Source: an uncultured Actinomycetota bacterium (GTDB lineage: Bacteria; Actinomycetota; Actinomycetes; Propionibacteriales; Nocardioidaceae). Taken from it: a DNA stretch of 64,000 nucleotides. The position numbers and the translations under genes are program-made. Shown here in pieces: positions 32,126 through 43,227 of the stretch. Below the pieces are notes generated by a model that worked only from the letters and a program-made list of their open reading frames with translations, had not been told where the DNA came from and searched no databases. The first letter of the stretch is position 1; each line of letters starts with the position of its first letter. The stretch is from positions 1,392-65,391 of the forward strand of contig CAVYGL010000018.1 of the NCBI GenBank assembly GCA_963767995.1, read 5' to 3'.

Positions 32126-32644
32126 ATGCCTGCGACTTCTCGTACGGCGCGAGCGTGCGCGCTCGCCCTGGCCGGTCTCGGCCTCACCGCATCGACCATG
32201 ACTGCCTCGCCCGCCGCCGCCGAGGATGACGGCGTCGGCTCGGCGCAGCCCCGGTCCGTGGCCCAGCGGGTCAGCGCCCGCGTCCTCAGCGCCACGGACA
32301 TCGCCATGCGCCAGCGCGGCGACGCGTACGCCTACGGCGCCTCCGGCCCGGACCGCTTCGACTGCTCGGGCCTGGTGTTCTACAGCTTCCGCCGCGCGGG
32401 CTTCCCGGTGCCGCGTACGTCGGGCGCCCAGGCGGGCTTCACCCGTCGCATCGCGAAGAAGGACATGCGCGCCGGCGACCTGATGTTCTTCTCCGGCAGC
32501 GGCGGGGTCTACCACGCTGCGATCTTCCTCAAGTGGTCGCACGGCCACGCCGTGATGGTGCACTCCCCGGGCTCCGGCCAGCGCGTCCGGGTCGCCGTTC
32601 CGTGGACCTCCAGGTGGTTCGGCGGCACGCTGCGCCGGAGGTGA
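32126..32644 (+). CDS. NlpC/P60 (C40) peptidoglycan endopeptidase
   Basis: Signal peptide; YAYGASGPDRFDCSGLV, PRTS, HAAIF. Confidence 0.92.
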   Translation: MPATSRTARACALALAGLGLTASTMTASPAAAEDDGVGSAQPRSVAQRVSARVLSATDIAMRQRGDAYAYGASGPDRFDCSGLVFYSFRRAGFPVPRTSGAQAGFTRRIAKKDMRAGDLMFFSGSGGVYHAAIFLKWSHGHAVMVHSPGSGQRVRVAVPWTSRWFGGTLRRR

Positions 32645-32685
32645 CAGGGCCTGTCTGGTAGGCAGTTCCTGCTGATCTACCCTGT

Positions 32686-32716
32686 GGCGCGCCTTCCCCG
32701 AACGGGGGAGGCGCGC
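32686..32716 (+). terminator. GC-rich hairpin
   Basis: GGCGCGCCTTCCCC-gaac-GGGGGAGGCGCGCC. Confidence 0.6.
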
Positions 32717-32759
32717 CCCCACACTGCAAGGCAGAATCCCCCGCTCGATCGGAGCCCCC

Positions 32760-33782
32760 GTGCGTCACCGTGTCCATCCCCGCTCGAAGAATGCGGTCGT
32801 CGCCGCTCTGGTGGCGGCCTCGCTCCTGCTCGCCGGATGCGGCGGCGGGGACGACGAGGACCCGCCGAGCGAGTCGGCCCCGTCGGAGCCGACCTCGTCG
32901 GAGACGAGCGAGCCCCCGGAGCCGACCTTCTGGCCCCTGACCGGGCTGGAGCGCACGACCGACGCACCGAAGCATCCCGTGATCGTCACCAAGGTCGACA
33001 ACACCTCCTCCAGCGCACCGCAGGTCGGCCTCGGCTCCGCCGACCTGGTCGTCGAGGAGCTCGTCGAGGGCGGCTACACCCGCCTCGCGGCCTTCTACTA
33101 CTCCAAGGTCCCGGCCAACATCGGCCCGGTGCGGTCGATGCGCGCCAGCGACATCGGCATCGTGCCCGCCGGCGCGACCGTCGTGACCAGCGGCGCGGCC
33201 CCGATCACGATCAAGCGCATCAACGGCGCGGGCATCCCGTGGATCACCGAGGGCGCGGCCGGCGTCTACCGCGAGACCTCGCGCTATGCGCCGTACAACC
33301 TCTTCGCCCGGCTAGGCGAGATCTCCAAGCGGCTCAAGGCCGAGGACGAGCCGCCGGCGTACCTGCCGTGGGGCTCCGATGCCGACCTGCCCAAGGGCGG
33401 CAAGGCGACCACGCTGACCGCCGACTTCGGCGCGCACTCGACGAGCTGGGCGTTCCAGCAGGGTGGCTACGTCAACACCGACTCCTACGCCGCCCCGGGC
33501 GACCAGTTCCCCGCCGACTCGGTGCTGGTGCTGCGGGTCGCGATCGGCGACGCGGGCTATCGCGACCCGGCCGGTTACCCCGTGCCGGAGACGAAGTTCG
33601 AGGGCAAGGGCGCTGCCCTCCTGTTCCATGGTGGTCGCGTCATCCGCGGCACGTGGACCAAGGACGGCCTGACCGGCGCCATCGAGCTGGCGACCAAGGC
33701 CGGCGAGCTCAGCGTGCCCGCCGGGCACGTCTGGGTGGAGCTGGTGCCGGCGGTCAACGGAGGCGTCACGTTCGCGAAGTGA
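32760..33782 (+). CDS. DUF3048 lipoprotein
   Basis: Lipobox LAGC; WPLTG, KVDN, ADLVVEELVEGGYTR, GPVRSMR. Confidence 0.88.
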   Translation: MRHRVHPRSKNAVVAALVAASLLLAGCGGGDDEDPPSESAPSEPTSSETSEPPEPTFWPLTGLERTTDAPKHPVIVTKVDNTSSSAPQVGLGSADLVVEELVEGGYTRLAAFYYSKVPANIGPVRSMRASDIGIVPAGATVVTSGAAPITIKRINGAGIPWITEGAAGVYRETSRYAPYNLFARLGEISKRLKAEDEPPAYLPWGSDADLPKGGKATTLTADFGAHSTSWAFQQGGYVNTDSYAAPGDQFPADSVLVLRVAIGDAGYRDPAGYPVPETKFEGKGAALLFHGGRVIRGTWTKDGLTGAIELATKAGELSVPAGHVWVELVPAVNGGVTFAK

Positions 33783-34412
33783 CGCCGCGTCCTGCCTCGT
33801 CGTGGAGGAGCTGACGCAGGCCGTCCATGATGAAGCCGATGGCTGCGTCGACCCGCGCTGCCGCGGCCGCCGCGTCGTCGCTGACGGCCACTGAGCCGCC
33901 GGCCGCCGACATGGCGCCGAAGAAGATCCGGGTGAAGGTGTCGAGCATCTCCTCGTCGAGTCCCCACGCGGCGCCCCCGAGCACCGAGCGCACGATCTCG
34001 TCGACGATGGCGTACGTCGAGCGCTCCTCCTGCTCGCGGAACCGCTCGTGGCCCAGCACGGAGGGCCCGTCCGAGATGACGACCTGGCGGTAGCCCGGTT
34101 CCTGGACGGCATCGAGGAACGCGCGCAGGCCGGCGCGGGCCTTCTCCCACGGGTCGTCGTGGCCCTCGGTCGCTGCGCCGATGCTGGCCGTCGCCCGCGA
34201 CTCGATCCGCTCGAAGGCGGCCTCGAAGATCGCCCGCTTGCCGCTGAAGTGGTGGTAGAGCGCGCCCTTGGTGACGTTGGCACCGGCGACGATGTCGTCG
34301 AGCGACGTCGCGGAGAAGCCGTGGTCGCTGAAGAGCTGCTCGGCCACGTCGACCAGCGCGCGCTTCGTGGAGTCGTCGCGTTGTCGGCGGGTCCTCACTG
34401 GGCCATCTCCAT
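33766..34412 (-). CDS. TetR-family regulator; probable 1-nt deletion near the start
   Basis: HTH ATSLDDIVAGANVTKGALYHHF; ATG 34412 sits 7 nt after TAGGGT but is 1 nt out of frame with the ORF from GTG 34398. Confidence 0.88.
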
Positions 34413-34567
34413 GGCCTGCACCCTAGGTGACCCGACTCACGGCGAAGGGTTCGTGTGGGTCGACGAGCTCACCCTGCTCGGCGCCCTGTCGCTGCGCTGG
34501 CACACCCGCCTCGCCAGGCACGTCCCGTACTGGCGGCCCGATTGCGGGATCGGCCATAGTGGAGGGC

Positions 34568-35122
34568 ATGCAGCTCGCGTCGGGCATGCTGCTGGTGGCG
34601 ACGCCGGCACTCCAGGACCCCCACTTCGTCGACACCGTCGTGCTGCTGCTCGACGTCAACGACGAGGGTGCGCTGGGCGTCGTGCTGAACAGGCCGTCAC
34701 AGGTGCTGGTCGCCGACGTGCTCGAGCCGTGGCGCGAGGTCGTCGCCGAGCCGGAGGTGCTCTTCCGGGGCGGGCCGGTCGGCACGGACGGAGCGCTTGC
34801 GGTGGCTCGGCTGCGCGACATCGAGGCGGCGCCCCTCGGCTGGCGGCCGGTCGCCGGGCTGCTCGGGATGGTCGACCTGGACACCCCGACCGAGCTCGTC
34901 GACGGCTCCGTCAGCGCGATGCGGGTCTTCGCCGGCTACGCCGGGTGGGGCGCCGACCAGCTCGAGGGCGAGGTCGACGAGGGCAGCTGGTACGTCGTCA
35001 GCGCCGAGTCGGGGGACGCGTTCCGCGGCGACACCAGCGGGCTGCGGCGCGACGTGATGCGACGCCAGCCCGGCATGCTGGCCTGGCACGCCACCCGCCC
35101 CGTCGATCCCGAGCTGAACTGA
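34568..35122 (+). CDS. YqgE/AlgH family protein
   Basis: LLVATP, GALGVVLNRP, GGPV, FAGYAGW...QLEGE. Confidence 0.93.
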   Translation: MQLASGMLLVATPALQDPHFVDTVVLLLDVNDEGALGVVLNRPSQVLVADVLEPWREVVAEPEVLFRGGPVGTDGALAVARLRDIEAAPLGWRPVAGLLGMVDLDTPTELVDGSVSAMRVFAGYAGWGADQLEGEVDEGSWYVVSAESGDAFRGDTSGLRRDVMRRQPGMLAWHATRPVDPELN

Positions 35123-35145
35123 CTCGCGCGTTAGGCTTCCCCACC

Positions 35146-35430
35146 ATGAGCACCATCGGATTCTCCCCGGGCAGCCAGACGGTCGAAGAGCGTCAGACGG
35201 TCCCGACCGATGAGGGTGACCACGAGCGGTTCTCCCACTACGTGCCCAAGGACAAGCTGACCGAGGCGATGGTCATGGGCACTCCCGTGATCGCCCTCTG
35301 CGGCAAGGTCTGGGTGCCGTCCCGCGCGCCGGAGAAGTTCCCGGTGTGCCCGGACTGCAAGGAAGTCTGGGAGTCCATGAATCCGGGGAAGTCCGGCGGC
35401 GGCTCGGACGGCTCGGGTCCCGAGGCGTGA
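35146..35430 (+). CDS. DUF3039 domain protein
   Basis: GDHERFSHYV...ALCGKVWVP...PVCPDCK. Confidence 0.92.
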   Translation: MSTIGFSPGSQTVEERQTVPTDEGDHERFSHYVPKDKLTEAMVMGTPVIALCGKVWVPSRAPEKFPVCPDCKEVWESMNPGKSGGGSDGSGPEA

Positions 35431-37205
35431 CGGGGCGCCCCGACGCGCCCCTGCCCCCCGCGTGGCCCGACCGGGCCGCCTGGGGCACCGCGCCGTCCCT
35501 GCGTGCCTGGCAGCAGGCGGCCGTCGACGACTACCGCTCCCGCCAGCCCCGCGACTTCCTCGCGGTGGCGACGCCGGGCGCGGGCAAGACGACGTTCGCG
35601 CTGACCGTCGCGGCCGACCTGCTGGGCCGTCGCATCGTCGACCGGATCACCGTCGTCGCGCCGACCGAGCACCTCAAGACCCAGTGGGCCGAGGCCGCCG
35701 CGCGCGCCGGCATCCCGATCGACCCGGCGTACTCCGCCGGCAAGGGCAAGACGTCCGACGACTACGTCGGGATCGCGGTGACCTACGCCGGGGTCGCGGT
35801 GAACCCCCTCGCCATGCGGATCCGCACCGAGCGCTTCAAGACGCTCGTCATCCTCGACGAGATCCACCACGCGGGTGACGCCCTGTCGTGGGGGGAGGGC
35901 GTGCGCGAGGCGTTCGACCCCGCCGCCCGCCGGCTGTCGCTGACCGGCACGCCGTTCCGCTCCGACATCAACCCGATCCCGTTCATCACCTACGCGCCCG
36001 GCGAGGACGGCATCCCGACCTCGACGGCCGACTTCACCTACGGCTACGCACATGCGCTCGCCGACCACGTCGTACGTCCCGTGCTGTTCATGGCGTACTC
36101 CGGCGAGATGACCTGGCGCACCCGCGCCGGCGACGAGATCGCCGCCCGGCTGGGGGAGCCGCTCACCAAGGACATGCACGCCCACGCGCTGCGGACCGCC
36201 CTCGACCCGCAGGGGGCCTGGATTCCGGCCGTGCTCGAGGCCGCGGACCGGCGGCTCTCGGAGGTACGCCGCCATGTCCCCGACGCCGGCGGCATGGTGA
36301 TCGCCAGCGACCAGGACACCGCCCGCGCCTATGCGGCGCTGCTCAAGAAGATCAGCGGCGAGGCGCCGACCGTCGTGCTCTCCGACGAGAAGGGCGCGTC
36401 GAAGAAGATCGCGACCTTCACCGACTCCGACAAGCGCTGGCTGGTCGCGGTCCGGATGGTCTCCGAGGGCGTCGACGTGCCGCGCCTGGCCGTCGGGGTC
36501 TGGGCGACCACCACGTCGACGCCGCTCTTCTTCGCGCAGGCCGTCGGTCGCTTCGTACGTGCGCGCTCGCGCGGCGAGACCGCATCGATCTTCCTGCCGT
36601 CGGTGCCGCACCTGCTGGAGTTCGCCTCCGACATGGAGGCCCAGCGCGACCACGTGCTGGGGCGCCGGGTCACCGACGAGGACGACATCTTCGCCGCCGA
36701 GAACGACCTGCTCGCCCAGGCCAACGCCGGCGAGGGTGCCTCCGACGAGCTCGAGATGTCGTGGGAGGCGCTCGGCTCGACCGCGTCCTTCGACCACGTG
36801 CTCTACGAGGGAGCGCAGTTCGGCCACTCGGGCGAGGTCCTGTCCGGCTCGGAGGAGGAGATGGACTTCCTCGGCATCCCCGGCCTCCTCGAGCCCGACC
36901 AGGTGCGTGAGCTGCTGCACTCGCGGCAGAGCGAGCGCGCTCGCAAGCAGAAGTCCGCGGGCGGCGGCGACCGGGTCGTCGAGTCGGTCGAGCAGCTCAG
37001 CACGCACCAGCAGCTCGGCGTGCTGCGTCGCGAGCTCAACGGCCTGGTGGCCGCCTGGCACCACCGCACGGGACAGGCGCACGGCATCACCCACTCCGCG
37101 CTCCGCAAGGAGTGCGGTGGCCCGCCGGCGGCCGTCGCCAACGCCGAGCAGCTCGGCGAGCGGATCAGCCGGATCCGCGACTGGGCGATGAAGCAGTCGT
37201 CCTAG
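35427..37205 (+). CDS. DEAH-box SF2 helicase (Rv2917-like)
   Basis: ATPGAGKT, DEIHH, LTGTPFRSD, SEGVDVP, QAVGRFVR; GTGA overlap with DUF3039. Confidence 0.92.
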   Translation: MTGRPDAPLPPAWPDRAAWGTAPSLRAWQQAAVDDYRSRQPRDFLAVATPGAGKTTFALTVAADLLGRRIVDRITVVAPTEHLKTQWAEAAARAGIPIDPAYSAGKGKTSDDYVGIAVTYAGVAVNPLAMRIRTERFKTLVILDEIHHAGDALSWGEGVREAFDPAARRLSLTGTPFRSDINPIPFITYAPGEDGIPTSTADFTYGYAHALADHVVRPVLFMAYSGEMTWRTRAGDEIAARLGEPLTKDMHAHALRTALDPQGAWIPAVLEAADRRLSEVRRHVPDAGGMVIASDQDTARAYAALLKKISGEAPTVVLSDEKGASKKIATFTDSDKRWLVAVRMVSEGVDVPRLAVGVWATTTSTPLFFAQAVGRFVRARSRGETASIFLPSVPHLLEFASDMEAQRDHVLGRRVTDEDDIFAAENDLLAQANAGEGASDELEMSWEALGSTASFDHVLYEGAQFGHSGEVLSGSEEEMDFLGIPGLLEPDQVRELLHSRQSERARKQKSAGGGDRVVESVEQLSTHQQLGVLRRELNGLVAAWHHRTGQAHGITHSALRKECGGPPAAVANAEQLGERISRIRDWAMKQSS

Positions 37206-37207
37206 CC

Positions 37208-37262
37208 GGGTCTCGATACGCCCCGTCGCGACCTCGTGCCTCGGTCGCGGTGCTACTCGACC
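37208..37262. repeat. REP-like palindromic element (single copy in window)
   Basis: GGTCTCGATACG...CGCGACC-tcgtgcctc-GGTCGCG...CTACTCGACC, resembling extragenic palindromes common in Nocardioidaceae/Microbacteriaceae. Confidence 0.5.
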
Positions 37263-37312
37263 TCCCTCGCCACGCCGAGGGCGACTCCGTCGCCCACGGC
37301 TAGGCTCGCGAC

Positions 37313-37940
37313 ATGCCCTCGGAGACCTCCCAGACGCTGGACCGCGGTCTCCGGGTCCTGCGGGTGCTCGCCGAGAGCCCCGAGGGGCTGACCGTCACCG
37401 AGCTGTCGGGCCGGCTGCAGGTCAACCGCACGGTGGTCTACCGCCTGGTCAGCACCCTCGAGCAGCACGGCCTGGTGCGCCGCGACGCGCGGTCCCGGCT
37501 CTTCGTCGGGCTCGGGGTGCTCCACCTCGCCAGCGCCGTCCAGCCGATCCTGCGCGACCTGGCCATGCCGGTCCTGCGCTCGCTCGCGGAGGCGCTCGGC
37601 TCGACCGCGCACCTCACGGTGGCTGACGGCGACGAGGCGCTGGCGCTCGCCGTCGTCGAGCCGACGTGGACCGACTTCCACGTGTCCTACCGCGTGGGCG
37701 CCCGGCACCCGTTGACGCAGGGAGCGGCCGGCAAGGCCATCGCGCTGCTCGACGTCGCCGAGCCGGCGTACGCCGTCACGAGCGGCGAGCTGCAGAGCGG
37801 CGCGCGTGGCCTGGCCGCGCCCGTACGCAGCGTAGAGGGACTGCGGGCGAGCGTGGGGATCGTGACGCTCGACGGCGCCATCGACGAGGACGTGGTGGCG
37901 CCACGGGTGATCGCCGCGGCCCTCGAGGTGGCCGAACGCC

Positions 37941-37948
<8 letters not shown>
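37313..37948 (+). CDS. IclR-family regulator
   Basis: SQTLDRGLRVL, RTVVYRL, GAAGKA. Confidence 0.9.
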
Positions 37949-39733
<1,785 letters not shown>

Positions 39734-39745
39734 CCGCGTCCTCTT

Positions 39746-39881
39746 GAGCGGTGTGTGAGGGGGATTCCCGGACGCTGGAGTCCCCCTCACACACCGCTGC
39801 GTGGCGCGTCGTCGTACGCCGGGCCGCCGGCGGTGAGCAGCGCGGGTCCTGGGTCCGCGAAATGCTCCTCACTCACCGCTC
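39746..39881. repeat. Two-unit inverted copy of the 11246-11463 palindrome array
   Basis: GAGCGGTGTGTGAGGGGGATTCC...TCACACACCGC + linker GGCGCGTCGTCGTACG + degenerate second unit ending TCACTCACCGCTC; length 136 = 54+82. Confidence 0.88.
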
Positions 39882-39906
39882 AGCGGGATCTCCTAGGCTG
39901 GCGACC

Positions 39907-40704
39907 ATGATGATCCGCCCGGCCGAGCTGGCCGCGATCAAGGCCGGCACGGTCGACCTCGCCTTCCGCCGCTGGGCCCGACCGCGGGTCGTGGTCGGCA
40001 CGCGGATGCGTACGGCGGTCGGCCTGCTGGAGGTCACCTCGGTCGAGCAGGTGAGCATCGCGAGCCTGCGGGCGGACGACGCGCGTCGGGCGGGAGCGCC
40101 CTCGCTCACCGCGCTGAAGCGGGCCCTCGCTGCCCGCCCGGAGGACCCCGCCTGGCGGATCGGGCTGGCGTACGCCGGACCGGACCCGCGCGAGGCGCTG
40201 CGGACCGCGGTCCCGGACGCCGAGGAGATCGCGACGATCAGCACCCGCCTCGACCGGCTCGACGCGTCGTCGGCGTACGGCCCGTGGACGCGGCAGACCC
40301 TCGACCTGATCGACCTCAACCCGACCGTGCGTGCGCCGGACCTGGCGGCGCAGGTGGGTCGCGAGACCGCCGACTTCAAGAAGGACGTCCGCAAGCTCAA
40401 GGAGCTCGGGCTCACCGAGTCACTGGCGATCGGCTACCTGCTGTCGCCCCGCGGTGAGGCCGTCGTCGACGCCGGGCTGCCGGCGCCCCGCGAGCGGGCA
40501 CCGCGCGCCACGGGCACGCAGCTGCCGCGCGGCATCGGCGCACCGGCCACGGCGGCCCTGCGCGAGGTGGGCGTCACCACCCTGGAGCAGGTGACGACGT
40601 ACTCCGCCGCAGAGCTCGCGGCGATCCACGGCGTCGGTCCCGTCGCCGTCGCGCGGTTGCGCGAGGCGATGGCCGAGCAGGGGACCGGCTTCACCGGCGA
40701 GTAG
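39907..40704 (+). CDS. Hypothetical protein: ASCH/PUA-like + wHTH + C-terminal helix-hairpin-helix domain
   Basis: GTVDLAFRRW; FKKDVRKLKELGLTESL.IGY.LSPRG; GIGAPATAAL...AIHGVGPVA. Confidence 0.75.
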   Translation: MMIRPAELAAIKAGTVDLAFRRWARPRVVVGTRMRTAVGLLEVTSVEQVSIASLRADDARRAGAPSLTALKRALAARPEDPAWRIGLAYAGPDPREALRTAVPDAEEIATISTRLDRLDASSAYGPWTRQTLDLIDLNPTVRAPDLAAQVGRETADFKKDVRKLKELGLTESLAIGYLLSPRGEAVVDAGLPAPRERAPRATGTQLPRGIGAPATAALREVGVTTLEQVTTYSAAELAAIHGVGPVAVARLREAMAEQGTGFTGE

Positions 40705-40719
40705 CGGCCGACCGTGTGG

Positions 40720-41319
40720 TCAGTGCGCGATCAGGACCACGCCGAGGCCGCCCATGATGACGGCGATGGCGGAGTCGAGCACGCGCCAGGCAGTGGGCCG
40801 GGCGAACAGGCCGCGCAGCAGGCGGGCGCCGTAGCCGAGGCCGAAGAACCAGAGCACGCTCGCGACGAGGGTGCCCGCCAGGAACCACCAGCGGTCGGTG
40901 CCGAAGCTGTTGGCCACGGTGCCGAGCATGAGGACGGCGTCGAGGTAGAAGTGCGGGTTGAGCCAGGTGAGGGCCAGCGTCAGCAGCACTGCGCGACCCG
41001 TGGTCATGGCCACCCCGTCGCCCGCCTCGAGCTTCGACGGGCGCCAGGCCCGCATGGCTGCGTGCACGCCGAAGGCGATGAGGTAGACGCCGCCGAGCAC
41101 CTGCGCGACCGGCAGGACCGCCGGCCAGCGCTCGAGGACGACGCCGAGGCCGGCCACGCCGAGGGTGATCGCGACGACGTCGGAGACCAGGCACGTCAGC
41201 ACGATGGGCAGGACGTGCTCGCCGCGGATCCCCTGACGCAGGAGGAAGGCGTTCTGTGCGCCGACGGCAACGATGAGAGCGAGTCCGGTGAGAAGACCGG
41301 TGAGAGCAACCTGGAACAT
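40720..41319 (-). CDS. lysE: LysE/ArgO amino-acid exporter
   Basis: LIVAVGAQNAFLLRQG, TWLNPHFYLD. Confidence 0.92.
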   Translation of the reverse strand: MFQVALTGLLTGLALIVAVGAQNAFLLRQGIRGEHVLPIVLTCLVSDVVAITLGVAGLGVVLERWPAVLPVAQVLGGVYLIAFGVHAAMRAWRPSKLEAGDGVAMTTGRAVLLTLALTWLNPHFYLDAVLMLGTVANSFGTDRWWFLAGTLVASVLWFFGLGYGARLLRGLFARPTAWRVLDSAIAVIMGGLGVVLIAH

Positions 41320-41377
41320 GCTCACTACGGTAGGACGTCGCGCGACCAACAATCCAGCGAACTATTCTGACTAATCA

Positions 41378-41390
41378 TTAGGATCTCTAA
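41378..41390. promoter_or_regulatory. LysR box (T-N11-A)
   Basis: TTAG-gatct-CTAA in an AT-rich divergent intergenic region. Confidence 0.6.
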
Positions 41391-41392
41391 GT

Positions 41393-42307
41393 ATGAAAGA
41401 CATCACTCAGCTCGATCCTGTGGCGCTGCGCACACTCGCGGTCGCGGTGCGGCTCGGCACCTTCGAGGCGGCCGCCCGCGACCTCCACGTGACCCCCTCC
41501 GCGGTGAGCCAGCGGATCAAGGCGTTGGAGACGCGGATCGGCCGGGTGCTGCTCCACCGGGTCAAGCCGCTGGAGCCCACCGAGGCCGGCCTGGTGCTCG
41601 TGCGGCTGGCCACGCAGACCGAGCTGCTGGAGCGCGAGGCGGTCGCCGAGCTCGTGGAGGACGAGGCTGACGCCGGCGGGACGTCGTACACCTCGCTCCC
41701 GATCGCGGTGAACGCCGATGCCCTCTACGGCTGGTTCGTCGACGCTCTCGCCGAGGTGCAGACCCGGCACCGGGTCGTCTTCGAGGTGGTCCGCGAGGAC
41801 CACACCCGCACGGCCGAGCGACTGCGCCGCGGCGAGGTGATGGCCGCGATCACGGGGGAGCCCAGGCCGGTGCCCGGCTGTCGCGTCGTCCGCCTGGGTC
41901 GGCTGCGGTACGCCGCCGTCGCCACCCGCGACTTCCACGCCCAGCACTTCGCGGACGGGGTCGGCTCCACGACGCTGGCCGAGGCGCCGATCGTGGCGTT
42001 CGACCGCAACGACTCCCTCCAGCACGACTTCGTCCGACGGGTCACCCGCCGCCACCTCGCCCCGCCGGTGACCTACCTGCCGTCGGTGCGCGAGTTCGAC
42101 CGCGCGATCCGCGTCGGCATGGGGTGGGGACTCCTGCCGGAGTCCGACGTCGCTGCGGAGCTCGAGCGCGGCGAGCTGGTCGAGCTGGTGCCGGGCCGAC
42201 GCCCCGAGGTCGCGCTGTACTGGCAGCACTGGCGGCTCGGGTCGTCGCTGGTGGCCGAGCTCACCGACGCCGTCGTCCACGCTGCCCGGCGCTGGATGGC
42301 GACCTGA
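41393..42307 (+). CDS. argP: LysR-family regulator ArgP/LysG
   Basis: TPSAVSQRIKALE, IAVNAD, LYWQHW; divergent from lysE. Confidence 0.92.
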   Translation: MKDITQLDPVALRTLAVAVRLGTFEAAARDLHVTPSAVSQRIKALETRIGRVLLHRVKPLEPTEAGLVLVRLATQTELLEREAVAELVEDEADAGGTSYTSLPIAVNADALYGWFVDALAEVQTRHRVVFEVVREDHTRTAERLRRGEVMAAITGEPRPVPGCRVVRLGRLRYAAVATRDFHAQHFADGVGSTTLAEAPIVAFDRNDSLQHDFVRRVTRRHLAPPVTYLPSVREFDRAIRVGMGWGLLPESDVAAELERGELVELVPGRRPEVALYWQHWRLGSSLVAELTDAVVHAARRWMAT

Positions 42308-42404
42308 TCAGATATTCGGTTCGTCTGACAGGTTCCTGCGGGAGTTCTAGGCTGCGGAAATCGAGCACCGCGCTCGTCTTGCCCGCACCGATCGAGGACA
42401 CCCA

Positions 42405-43208
42405 GTGACGCGACGCACCAAGGCCGCCCACGCCGCAGCTCTTGCTGCCGGCGCGCTCATGGTCCTGTCCGGGTGCGGTGGCTCGGGAACCGCCGCGGAG
42501 CCGAAGGCCACGGGAGCGGCGCTCCTGGGGGAGAAGCTGACCGGCATGGTCGGCCAGGTCGACAAGATGGGCATCGTGGAGTGGCACGGTCAGATGCTGA
42601 CCAAGAGCCCCGACAAGGGCGGCCGGCGGATCCTCGACCTCGCGGCCCGCTTCAGCCCGTCCACCGGCTACAGCGAGGTCTCGATGGACACCACGCTCGA
42701 CGGCAACGCGCAGCAGATCGACTACCTCGTCGTCAACGACCGCACCTACTTCAACAGCGAGGAGTGGGGACCGGGCTCCAACGACTGCTGGGTCGACATC
42801 ACCGACGACGAGGCCTACAGCTGGGGCCTGCCCCGCGTGCTCGACCCCAAGTGGGCGCTCACCGAGGGTCGTGCGCTCTCCGCCGACGGCGAGGACGTGA
42901 ACGTGTCGCTCGGCTACAAGGACGTGCTGGCGGGCCTGCCCAAGGGCCTGTTCAAGGTCGTGCCGTCGCTGCCGTACGACACCGAGGCCAAGGCGTTCAT
43001 CGAGCCGCACGGGCACCTGATCGAGGTCGGCGTCGACGTGGCCGGCATGTGGAGCAAGCTCCCCAAGGACCAGCGCGCGGCGCTCGACGCCCGCGTGCGG
43101 CTGGTGGTCGATGACGATGAAGGAAGCCGACCGACGACACGAGCATCGCCCCGCCGAAGTTCGTCTTCGACCCCACAGGTGACCCCGCCGAGCCAGTGCA
43201 GGCGCTGA
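42405..43208 (+). CDS. Hypothetical lipoprotein; 3' end probably frameshifted
   Basis: Lipobox LSGC, RBS GAGGA; codon bias breaks down after about 43095. Confidence 0.7.
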   Translation: MTRRTKAAHAAALAAGALMVLSGCGGSGTAAEPKATGAALLGEKLTGMVGQVDKMGIVEWHGQMLTKSPDKGGRRILDLAARFSPSTGYSEVSMDTTLDGNAQQIDYLVVNDRTYFNSEEWGPGSNDCWVDITDDEAYSWGLPRVLDPKWALTEGRALSADGEDVNVSLGYKDVLAGLPKGLFKVVPSLPYDTEAKAFIEPHGHLIEVGVDVAGMWSKLPKDQRAALDARVRLVVDDDEGSRPTTRASPRRSSSSTPQVTPPSQCRR

Positions 43209-43227
43209 CCGGCCTGCTCCGGAGCAG

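Noticed and set aside
34427-34545. Coding-like stretch (GEGFVWVDELTLLGALSLRWHTRL) between tetR and yqgE
   Set aside because: It has no start or stop of its own and no recognisable family. It may be a gene relic, but I cannot support that.
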